Origin: Deltaproteobacteria bacterium
Lineage (GTDB): Bacteria > UBA10199 > JACPAL01 > JACOUP01
Direction: 5' to 3'
Length of the DNA stretch: 26,592 bases
NCBI GenBank assembly: GCA_030649435.1
Contig: JAUSKE010000072.1
Span: 1-26,592 of the forward strand
Made by a program: the position numbers and the translations under genes. Positions 6,715 to 14,896 of this stretch are shown here, in pieces. Within the stretch, counting starts at the first letter, position 1. Every line of letters starts with the position of its first letter. A model generated the notes under the pieces. The model searched no databases, was not told the origin of the DNA, and saw only the letters and a list, made by a program, of their open reading frames with translations.

Positions 6715-8433
6715 ATGGAAGATCGTAGTTTAGGGGCCATTCTTCTCGAGAACACCTCTCTCACCCAAGAGCAGTTGGAAGAAGGGCTTTCTGTCCAACG
6801 GGAGAAAGGGGTCAAGCTGGGCGAAGCGCTTGTCCAACTCAAACATCTCCGAATGGAAGATATCTTGAAAGCGCTTTCAATCCAGTTGGGGATGCCTTAC
6901 CTGAATAAGTTGACGCCCGAAGAAATCCCGCTCGATCTGATCAAAGACCTGCCGATCAATTATGCCAAAAAGAATGAGGTCCTCCCGTTGAAGAGGGAGG
7001 ATGGGCGAATTTTTGTCGCGATGGCCGACCCTTTCAATCATGTGGTGATCGACGATTTGCGGCTCCTCTTTGGTGGCTCCGTCAAACCGTTGATCACAAG
7101 CTCCTACGAGATCATGAGCGCCATCAACCTGGCCTACAATAAAATTAGTGAAACCGGTGACAAGGTGGATGTCGGGGATGAAAATCTGGATACCTTGGGT
7201 CAGGAGCTGGAAGAGGTTCAGGATCTTTTGGAATCAGCCGACGAAGCGCCGATCATCCGGTTAGTAAATTCGCTCATGTTCCGGGCGGTCAAACAAAAGG
7301 CCTCGGATATCCATATTGAACCTTTCGAAAAAGAACTTGTTGTCCGGTTCCGGATCGACGGTATTCTTTATGACGTCTTGAGGCCGCCAAAAAAGGCGAT
7401 GGCGGCGATTATTTCCCGCGTAAAGGTCATGGCCAACCTGAATATTGCCGAGAAGCGATTGCCTCAGGATGGGCGGATCCGTATCAAGATTGCCGGCAAA
7501 GATATCGATATTCGTGTTTCAACGGTACCGACTTCGTTTGGCGAATCGGTCGTCATGCGTCTCTTGGACAAGAGTCAGGTCCTCTTGGAGTTAGAACAGA
7601 TCGGTGTGACGGGACGGAATTTGGAACATATGAACAAGCTGATCGAAAAGAGCCATGGGATCATTCTGGTGACGGGACCAACCGGCAGCGGGAAGACGAC
7701 AACTCTCTACGCCGCTCTTTCGAAAATTAATTCTATTGATAAAAAAATTATCACGGTTGAGGACCCTGTCGAATACCAACTTTCTGGCGTCAACCAGATC
7801 CCGGTGAATCCAAAAATTGAGCTGACCTTTGCGGCCGGTCTGCGGGCGATCCTCCGCCAAGACCCCGACGTGATCATGGTCGGCGAAATTCGTGATAAGG
7901 AGACGGCGGAGATTGCCGTCCAGGCAGCCTTGACTGGTCACCTCGTTATCTCGACACTTCACACCAATGACTCCGCTTCTTCCATCACCCGGCTGATTGA
8001 TATGGGGGTGGAACCGTTTCTTGTTTCTTCATCTGTCCTGGGTATCCTGGCCCAACGACTCCTCCGGACCGTTTGCAAGGACTGCGCCCGAAAATATGTC
8101 CCGACCGCCGAAGAATTGGAGAAGGTCGGGTTATCGCTCGATAGCCTGAAAGGGCGACAGCTCTACCGGGCCGTTGGTTGCAAGAATTGCATGAATACCG
8201 GTTACAGTGGCCGGACCGGTATCCACGAACTCTTGCTGATGGATGACGATATCCGGGCCGAGGTGATGAAAAATACTGATGCAACAACGATTAAAAGATT
8301 GGCCATGACCAAAGGGTTGCTCACCTTGCGGGAAGATGGTGCCCAGAAGGCACTCCGCGGTCAGACAACTTTGGAAGAGGTCTTGCGAGTGACTCAAGAG
8401 GATGTGGAGAGAACCGCTACTGTCGCTGTTTAG
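6715..8433 (+). CDS. gspE: Type II secretion ATPase GspE
   Basis: Walker A GPTGSGKTT, TVEDPVE Asp box, LRQDPDVIMVGEIRD, TGHLVISTLHTND His box, tetracysteine CKDC...CKNC, and an MshEN-like N-terminus. Confidence 0.97.
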   Translation: MEDRSLGAILLENTSLTQEQLEEGLSVQREKGVKLGEALVQLKHLRMEDILKALSIQLGMPYLNKLTPEEIPLDLIKDLPINYAKKNEVLPLKREDGRIFVAMADPFNHVVIDDLRLLFGGSVKPLITSSYEIMSAINLAYNKISETGDKVDVGDENLDTLGQELEEVQDLLESADEAPIIRLVNSLMFRAVKQKASDIHIEPFEKELVVRFRIDGILYDVLRPPKKAMAAIISRVKVMANLNIAEKRLPQDGRIRIKIAGKDIDIRVSTVPTSFGESVVMRLLDKSQVLLELEQIGVTGRNLEHMNKLIEKSHGIILVTGPTGSGKTTTLYAALSKINSIDKKIITVEDPVEYQLSGVNQIPVNPKIELTFAAGLRAILRQDPDVIMVGEIRDKETAEIAVQAALTGHLVISTLHTNDSASSITRLIDMGVEPFLVSSSVLGILAQRLLRTVCKDCARKYVPTAEELEKVGLSLDSLKGRQLYRAVGCKNCMNTGYSGRTGIHELLLMDDDIRAEVMKNTDATTIKRLAMTKGLLTLREDGAQKALRGQTTLEEVLRVTQEDVERTATVAV

Positions 8434-8451
8434 AGTTTTTAATATTCAAAA

Positions 8452-9681
8452 ATGCCCACCTATCAATACAGAACGATTGATGCCAAGGGGAAAAGCTCTA
8501 GCGGCGTGATTGAGGCCGAAACGGAGCGGGTTGCCCGAACGAAGCTCCGCAAGATGGGGACCTTTCCAATCGAGGTTCATCTCGAGGGGACACGGTCGAA
8601 AGAGGGGGGCTTCAATCGTCAGATTGAGTTTTCAAAATTTTTGCAGCGGATCAAGACGCAAGACATTGCCGTAATGACCCGCCAGCTCTCCACACTAATC
8701 TCGGCCAATATTCCACTTGTCGATTCGTTGGCGGCCCTTGCCGAGCAGACGACAAACCCACGGCTTCGTTCCGTTCTGTCGACGGTCAAACAAAAAGTTG
8801 TGGAAGGGTCCCGTCTGGCCGATGCGATGAGAGGGTACCCCGATGTCTTTAGTGATCTCTACCTCAACATGGTCAATGCCGGGGAATCTTCCGGGGCGCT
8901 GGAGATCGTTTTGGAACGTTTGGCCGACCTGACGGAGAAACAGGCCCGATTGAAGAGCAAAATTATTGGGGCGCTGATGTACCCAATCATTATGGGATTC
9001 GTCGGGATCTCGCTGATGGCCTTTATGTTCGTTTACGTGGTGCCGAAGGTGACCAAAATTTTCGAGGATGCCAAGGCGACACTTCCGCTGCCGACAAAGA
9101 TCCTGATCGGGATCAGCAACACATTGATAGATTATTGGTGGCTCCTGATTATTCTTGGGATAGCCGGTTTTTTTCTTTTGAGAAGGTACGTCAAAACAGA
9201 AAAGGGGAGGCTCGCCTACGACAAGATGACTCTTCAAGTCCCGTTGTTTGGAAAACTTTTTCGACTGATTGCCATTTCTCGATTTGCCCGTACCCTGGCA
9301 ACTCTTCTGGGGAGCGGGGTTCAGCTCTTGACGGCCCTCGATATTGTCAAAAGGATCGTTGAGAATAGTGTCTTGGTCGCCGCCATAGAGAATACCCGTA
9401 CGAGCGTTAGAGAAGGGGAGAGTCTTGCCGAACCACTCAAAAGGAGTGGCCAGTTTCCCCCCATCGTCACGCATATGATTTCGATCGGAGAAAAGACCGG
9501 TGGTCTTGAGACAATGCTGATCCGGATCGCCGATACCTACGACGGTCAGGTCGACAACACCGTCTCCACTTTGACAACGTTGCTGGAACCGATCATGATC
9601 CTGATGATGGGGGGAATCGTTTCGTTTATTGTCATGTCTATTCTGTTGCCAATTTTACAAATGAATCAACTGGGTGTTTAG
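8452..9681 (+). CDS. gspF: Type II secretion inner membrane platform protein GspF
   Basis: MTRQLSTLISANIPLVDSL, LYLNMVNAGESSGALEIVLERLA, ALMYP, MISIGEKTGGLE and LLEPIMI motifs. Confidence 0.96.
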   Translation: MPTYQYRTIDAKGKSSSGVIEAETERVARTKLRKMGTFPIEVHLEGTRSKEGGFNRQIEFSKFLQRIKTQDIAVMTRQLSTLISANIPLVDSLAALAEQTTNPRLRSVLSTVKQKVVEGSRLADAMRGYPDVFSDLYLNMVNAGESSGALEIVLERLADLTEKQARLKSKIIGALMYPIIMGFVGISLMAFMFVYVVPKVTKIFEDAKATLPLPTKILIGISNTLIDYWWLLIILGIAGFFLLRRYVKTEKGRLAYDKMTLQVPLFGKLFRLIAISRFARTLATLLGSGVQLLTALDIVKRIVENSVLVAAIENTRTSVREGESLAEPLKRSGQFPPIVTHMISIGEKTGGLETMLIRIADTYDGQVDNTVSTLTTLLEPIMILMMGGIVSFIVMSILLPILQMNQLGV

Positions 9682-9709
9682 AAAAATCACAACAAGAGGA
9701 GGAGATTTT

Positions 9710-10165
9710 ATGTGGAAGAGGATACTGAAGTCGGAGAGTGGTATGACCCTGATCGAAATCATGGTGGTGGTCACCATTCTGGGGATTATCGCCACGATCG
9801 TCACGGTCAACGTGCTCGATCGACTCGATCAGGCAAAGGTCAGTGCGACAAAAACGCAGATCAAAAATCTTGAGGTGGCTCTTGATGAATACCGTCGGGA
9901 TAACGGTTCTTATCCGGTGACGGAACAGGGGCTCGCCGCCCTGATCGAGAAACCATCGATCGGTCGGGTTCCGCTGACCTATCCCAAGGGAGGCTATTTA
10001 AAAGGTGGCCGAGTCCCGAAGGACTCCTTCAGCTGCGACTTTGTTTATTACAGCCCAGGCCCTCATGGGAACGTCTACGAAATCATCTCTCTCGGTTCTG
10101 ATTGCCAGGAGGGGGGAGAAGAGGTGGATGCGGACATCAACTCTTGGGAGATAGGTCAAAAATAA
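9710..10165 (+). CDS. gspG: Major pseudopilin GspG (151 aa)
   Basis: Prepilin site ESG|MTLIEIMVV, ALDEYRRDNGSYPVTEQGLAAL, C-terminal DADI. AGGAGGAG Shine-Dalgarno before the ATG at 9710 (the ORF-track start at 9674 is too early). Confidence 0.94.
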   Translation: MWKRILKSESGMTLIEIMVVVTILGIIATIVTVNVLDRLDQAKVSATKTQIKNLEVALDEYRRDNGSYPVTEQGLAALIEKPSIGRVPLTYPKGGYLKGGRVPKDSFSCDFVYYSPGPHGNVYEIISLGSDCQEGGEEVDADINSWEIGQK

Positions 10166-10818
10166 TGTCCGATATTTCTGTTGTGGGGGCAGGTTTCAAA
10201 TCTGCCCCTACAGATCGTGGGATGAGCCTGATCGAACTCCTCGTGGCGATGGCCATCGTGGGGATCATGTTTGGTCTAGCTGCCGTTTCTTTCTCTAACA
10301 TCTTTGAAGTGCAGATGAAGGGGACCTCGGCAAAAATCGCCTCGACGATTCGTTATCTTCGGAGCAAAGCGATCACCGAAAAACTTTATTTAAGGATCGA
10401 GTACAATTTTGACGACCAGACCTACCGTGTTGAATCAACAAAAGATCCCTTCGTCATCAGCAAAGAGGAGCTGACCGAAGAGAGCAAACCGGAGGCCGAG
10501 AAAAAGGAACCCAAGGGTGATGAGACAGAAGAGGCGACTCCCCTCAAATCGGTATTCTCGGAGGAGGAGAGTTTTCTCCTGAAGGCGGTCAAGCTGCCGA
10601 ACGGGATTTTTTGGAAGGATGTCTGGATGGGGCCGATCCAGGAAAAGAGGACGACCGGCAAGGCCTACACCTTTTTCTTTCCGAATGGCTATGTGACGAG
10701 CACGGTGGTTAATCTTCGCAATGAAGACGACGATTCCCACTACTCTCTCGATATTGAACCGTATTCTGGCCATGTGGTGATCCGCTCTGAATATCTCGAG
10801 CCGGGGAGGGAGGAATGA
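10165..10818 (+). CDS. gspH: Minor pseudopilin GspH (217 aa)
   Basis: TAATG coupling to the gspG stop, prepilin site DRG|MSLIELLV, C-terminal FFFPNGYVT typical of GspH; position between G and I. Confidence 0.82.
   Translation: MSDISVVGAGFKSAPTDRGMSLIELLVAMAIVGIMFGLAAVSFSNIFEVQMKGTSAKIASTIRYLRSKAITEKLYLRIEYNFDDQTYRVESTKDPFVISKEELTEESKPEAEKKEPKGDETEEATPLKSVFSEEESFLLKAVKLPNGIFWKDVWMGPIQEKRTTGKAYTFFFPNGYVTSTVVNLRNEDDDSHYSLDIEPYSGHVVIRSEYLEPGREE
10183..10211. repeat. REP-like palindrome, in-frame in the GspH leader peptide
   Basis: GTGGGGGCAG-GTTTCAAAT-CTGCCCCTAC, 10-bp arms with one G.T pair; encodes VGAGFKSAPT. Confidence 0.75.
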
Positions 10819-11354
10819 AGAACGGTTTTACGCTCCTCGAGGTGATGATTGCCATTGGCATATTGGCCATTACCCTTGTGGCGATCTCCGGTCTTCAGGG
10901 CAATTCCCTCCGCCGTTCCGGTCGTTCGGAAAAACTCTCCGTTGCCGTGCAGCTCGCCCGGCAGGTGATGAATCAAAAAATCATAGAGTTTGAGGATCAA
11001 ATCGAAAGGGGGGAGTTCCCCGAGGCTAAAGAGGACCAGGGGGAGTTCGAGAAGTTCCCCGACTTCCGTTGGGAAGTGAAGCTAAAAAAAATGGAGGCCC
11101 CTCCGATGCCGACACAGAAAGAAGGGGGGAACGCCGGTGCCGAACAGTTTCTTTCTTTTATCAGCGACAAGCTTGGAGAATCGATGCGGGTCCTCAAGGT
11201 GACCATTTTCTGGAAAGAACTTGAGGAAGAGGAGAATTTCGGTGTCACCACACACCTCGCCAATATCAAGACGGGGGCCAGTAGTTTTCAGGTGCAGACA
11301 GGTGACGGGGCAGCCCCCACAACGCAGCCTTCTTCAGCTGGGGGGGCGAAGTGA
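10815..11354 (+). CDS. gspI: Minor pseudopilin GspI
   Basis: MKNG|FTLLEVMIA prepilin motif, ATGA overlap with gspH, FPDFRWEVKL and VLKVTIFW strands. Confidence 0.85.
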   Translation: MKNGFTLLEVMIAIGILAITLVAISGLQGNSLRRSGRSEKLSVAVQLARQVMNQKIIEFEDQIERGEFPEAKEDQGEFEKFPDFRWEVKLKKMEAPPMPTQKEGGNAGAEQFLSFISDKLGESMRVLKVTIFWKELEEEENFGVTTHLANIKTGASSFQVQTGDGAAPTTQPSSAGGAK

Positions 11355-12049
11355 AATTTTTAAAGAACGAGAAAGGTTTTACATTGATCGAGGTGATGGT
11401 TTCTATCGCCATCCTGGCCCTCATCTCGATCATCGTCTGGCAGGCCTCCGGTTCCAACATGAGGGCCAAGGAACGTTCTGAAAAGCGGGATGAGGTCTTT
11501 CAGGGGGTGGCCTTAGTGATGGACCGGATGACGGAGGAGCTTATTTCGGCCTACATTTATTCGCCGATGGCTGAACAGAATGGAAAGAGCCCCAGTGGGG
11601 AAATCCTCAGCAAGACTACTTTTGTGGGGAAAAATGGGGGGGATCAGGATGAACTCTCTTTTGTTTCCTTTTCCCATGTTCGTTACGTGAAGGATATTAA
11701 GGAGTCGGACCAGGAGGAAATCACCTATCATCTGGAACCATCTAAAGAGAACCCCGGTGAATTTGCCTTGATGAAGAGGGTCTCTTCACCTCCGGATGCT
11801 GATTCGACAATCGGTGGCAAGGGTTATCCCATCCTTGATCGGGTCAAGGGGCTGAGTTTTCGTTATTATGATTCGAAACGACAGGAGTGGTTTGATGAGT
11901 GGGATTCCGCGGGGAGTGATACGCCGAATAAAATTCCGCGAGCGGTTGAAATGACATTAACGGTAGAAAATCCGGAGGAAGGGGGAGAGCCGGTTCTCTT
12001 TACGACGATCGCCCTTCTAGAAATGGCCCCGGGACCCAATGATTTTTAA
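11351..12049 (+). CDS. gspJ: Minor pseudopilin GspJ
   Basis: EKG|FTLIEVMV motif, GTGA overlap with gspI, C-terminal FRYYD...EWDS...IPRAVEMTL typical of GspJ. Confidence 0.87.
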   Translation: MKFLKNEKGFTLIEVMVSIAILALISIIVWQASGSNMRAKERSEKRDEVFQGVALVMDRMTEELISAYIYSPMAEQNGKSPSGEILSKTTFVGKNGGDQDELSFVSFSHVRYVKDIKESDQEEITYHLEPSKENPGEFALMKRVSSPPDADSTIGGKGYPILDRVKGLSFRYYDSKRQEWFDEWDSAGSDTPNKIPRAVEMTLTVENPEEGGEPVLFTTIALLEMAPGPNDF

Positions 12050-12052
12050 TTT

Positions 12053-13276
12053 ATGAAATTCAAGGATCAAAAAGGAATCGCCCTCATGCTCGCTTTGGGG
12101 ACTGTCATGGTGCTGACGACGCTGGCAATCGAGTTTGCCTATAATTCTCACGTCTCTTACAGCATGGCGTTGAACGAGAGAGACCGACTCCGTGCCTATT
12201 ATCTCGCCCGTTCCGCCTTGCAGTTGGCGAAGCTCGAGATGGGGATGGAAAAAGAGATCCGCGGTAAGTTCGCCTCCCAGTTGCAGCAGGCCGGTGTCCC
12301 CAGTCAGCCAATCTGCCAACAATTCCCATTCTCAACCGCGATCCTTCGGGGGTTGGTTGCGACCGAAGAAGGAGGGCCTGCCCTGCCGGGTAGGCCAGGG
12401 GAAGGAGAAGGACAGGAGAAAAAGGAGCCAGAGAAGACTCCCGAAGAAGAAAAGAAAGGGGAGGTCGACCTTTCTTTTTTGAGAGAAGAACAGGCCAAGG
12501 ATTTTCTGGATTTTGAAGGGGATTTTTCCGTTCATTGCGAGGCAGAAGAATCAAAGCTTAATTTAAATTTCTTTAGGACCGCAGGTTCAGATCCTTATGA
12601 AGAGCAGAAACAAACTCTCGAGACTCTTTTTCTTGAAAAGAGATTCGAACCTGTTTTTGAAAAAAAGAGAGAGCAGATCAAAAAGGTGGTTCAAAATATT
12701 GCTGACTGGGTCGACCGAAACGATCGTATTAATGAGGCCCCCGGTATAGAAGGGGGGTATGAGGACAGCCTCTATGTCGGTTCGGAGTATACATATAAGG
12801 TGAAAAATGGTAAAATGGCGTCGTTGGCTGAGCTTCTTCTAGTGAGTGGTGTGGGGGATGACCTGTTCAATCTTGCAGGGCCCTCTTTGACTGTTTACGG
12901 GGGCAATAAAATTAATATCTGTATTGCGGATGATGCGATTATCAAAGCGGTTGTCCTTAAGTATGTTAATAGTCAACAAGGGGTGGCCCCGATACGCCCT
13001 GACGATGAGGAGGCGCTCGCCAAGGTACTGGACGCGATCCACCAGAGCTGTCTCTTGACTCAGGAACCGAATGCCATAGCCGGGGCGATCAACAAGGCCT
13101 TGGGGATCACAACAGCGGGGTCGTCACCGATTCAGTCACTTTTTACCACAGAGACCCGATTTTATTCTTTTGATTTGACCGGTCAGTCAGGTGATATTGA
13201 ATTGAAGGTGAGGGTGGTCCTTGATGCGAAGGGCAATTCTAACGAATGGAAGATGTTGTACTATAGAGTGCAATAA
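12053..13276 (+). CDS. gspK: Minor pseudopilin GspK
   Basis: QKG|IALMLAL (no Glu at +5, as in GspK), EESKLNLN, IADWVD, ELLLVSGV and KININ-like (KINIC) motifs. Confidence 0.9.
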   Translation: MKFKDQKGIALMLALGTVMVLTTLAIEFAYNSHVSYSMALNERDRLRAYYLARSALQLAKLEMGMEKEIRGKFASQLQQAGVPSQPICQQFPFSTAILRGLVATEEGGPALPGRPGEGEGQEKKEPEKTPEEEKKGEVDLSFLREEQAKDFLDFEGDFSVHCEAEESKLNLNFFRTAGSDPYEEQKQTLETLFLEKRFEPVFEKKREQIKKVVQNIADWVDRNDRINEAPGIEGGYEDSLYVGSEYTYKVKNGKMASLAELLLVSGVGDDLFNLAGPSLTVYGGNKINICIADDAIIKAVVLKYVNSQQGVAPIRPDDEEALAKVLDAIHQSCLLTQEPNAIAGAINKALGITTAGSSPIQSLFTTETRFYSFDLTGQSGDIELKVRVVLDAKGNSNEWKMLYYRVQ

Positions 13277-13285
13277 AAGGAAATT

Positions 13286-14896
13286 ATGCCGCAAAAGGTT
13301 TTAGGGATCGATGTTGGGAGTTACTCGATAAAAATCGCCGAGATTGAGCGAACCTACAAAGGTTTTGAGCTCGTCAATTTTTATGAACGGGTCATCAGTC
13401 ATAATGAGCTTTTAAGTGACGAAGAGTCGGCTTCAGCAACCCTCCAAAAACTGGTGGATGATTTTTCTCTGAAGGGAGATATGGTCTTGACCGCACTCCC
13501 TGGCTCCCTCACCGCCACTCGTGTTCTTGAACTCCCTTTTTCAAATCACAAGAAAATCGACAGCACGATTGAATTTGAGATGGAGGGGTATATCCCCTTT
13601 AACATGGAAGATCTCCTGATCGACTACCATATTTTATCCAGTTCGAAAGCCCAGTCCTCAATTTTAATCAGTTATGCCAAGAAGAGTAATCTGGTTAAAT
13701 TCCTATCGATCTTCAAGGATCTTGAGTTTGAACCTCGTTTTGTGGGTTGTGAAGGGGTGGAATTGGGGAACCTTCTAAAGTTGGGCATCGCACAGCCCGA
13801 GGGGGCCTATGCGATGGTGAACATCGGCCATACCAAGACGGAAATTTCTATTTTTGTCGGTCCGCACCTCAAATATACGAGAACGATCATTATTGGTGGT
13901 AAAGATATAACCTTAGAGATCGCCAAGTCTCTTTCCGTTCCTTATGAGGAGGCGGAACGGATCAAGATTGAATTGGGCCAGCTGAACGAAAATCTGGAAG
14001 GGGCGGATGCCATGGGGCAAAAGGTTGGCGAGGCGATCCGAAAAGTTATTGAGGAACTTCTGATTGAGATGAAGCAGACCTTCCTTTCGTTCCAGGAATC
14101 GAACGTTGAGACAATTCAGGCTCTGTATCTTTGTGGAGGGACGAGTCGACTCCAGGGGTTGGATCAATTTCTCTCCTTTCGGCTGCGAAAGAACGTTAGT
14201 TTTTTAGATCCCCTTGATTTTCCTTTTAATCGGCTCAGCGACTCAACCTGGTGCCGCCCGATTGCGGCCACTGCCCTTGCCTTAGCCTTGAGAGGGGCTA
14301 TGGGGGGGAGATTTCCGGATATCCAGTTTCGACGCGGAGAGTTTGCCTTCCGCGGTGACGTAGAAGACCTTCAGAAAGTGGTCCAGCAGGTGGGATTGCT
14401 CGCAGCGGGCATTGTTCTCTTTGCCGTTATTAATTTTTTTGTGAGTTATTCGCTGTTACAGTCCCGGGTCACGTCGGTCAGAAAAGAGGTTGTGAGCCTT
14501 GTCACCGCAACCATCCCGGAAACTCCCAAAAAGATGATCGAACGCCCCCAAGCAGCCCTTTCTGTGATCGGTGGCAAAATACAGGAGATCCGGGATAAGA
14601 AGAGAAAGCTTGAGGAAGAGACAAGTCTTTCTGTTTTGAAACTCTTAAACGAGATGTCGATGATTATTCCCGACAAGCAAAACCTCGTGGTGGATATGGA
14701 TGACTTGAATATCGTGGGGAACAAAATCCGTCTTCAAGGCCGTACCAACTCGTTTGAGGCAGTGGATCACCTGAAAGAGGCGTTGACCCGTTCTCCATTG
14801 TTCCGAAATGTGACGACCGGCAATGTTAAAAAAGGGGTTAAGGATGAAATCAAATTTGACTTGAGTCTTGAGGTCAAGGTGGGGGAGGAGGCCTAA
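13286..14896 (+). CDS. gspL: GspL of the PilM-PilN fusion type
   Basis: Actin-like N-terminus (VLGIDVGSYSIK, NIGHTKT, LYLCGGTSRLQGL), one TM segment, PilN-like C-terminus (IRLQGRTNSFEAVDHLKEAL); position after gspK. Confidence 0.85.
   Translation: MPQKVLGIDVGSYSIKIAEIERTYKGFELVNFYERVISHNELLSDEESASATLQKLVDDFSLKGDMVLTALPGSLTATRVLELPFSNHKKIDSTIEFEMEGYIPFNMEDLLIDYHILSSSKAQSSILISYAKKSNLVKFLSIFKDLEFEPRFVGCEGVELGNLLKLGIAQPEGAYAMVNIGHTKTEISIFVGPHLKYTRTIIIGGKDITLEIAKSLSVPYEEAERIKIELGQLNENLEGADAMGQKVGEAIRKVIEELLIEMKQTFLSFQESNVETIQALYLCGGTSRLQGLDQFLSFRLRKNVSFLDPLDFPFNRLSDSTWCRPIAATALALALRGAMGGRFPDIQFRRGEFAFRGDVEDLQKVVQQVGLLAAGIVLFAVINFFVSYSLLQSRVTSVRKEVVSLVTATIPETPKKMIERPQAALSVIGGKIQEIRDKKRKLEEETSLSVLKLLNEMSMIIPDKQNLVVDMDDLNIVGNKIRLQGRTNSFEAVDHLKEALTRSPLFRNVTTGNVKKGVKDEIKFDLSLEVKVGEEA

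Noticed and set aside
6228-6842. 204-aa minus-strand ORF across the gspD/gspE junction
   Set aside because: Antisense to two well-supported genes and mirrors the Pro-rich tail; no motifs.
8695-9474. 259-aa minus-strand ORF
   Set aside because: Fully antisense to gspF; long antisense frames are expected from codon bias.
10102-10164. Longer gspH start given in the track
   Set aside because: It overlaps the gspG 3' end by 64 nt; the ATG at 10165 has TAATG coupling.
11340-14308. G7 runs near 11340, 11636 and 14302 as phase-variation tracts
   Set aside because: Too short to stand out, all frames are intact, and they encode Gly-Gly.
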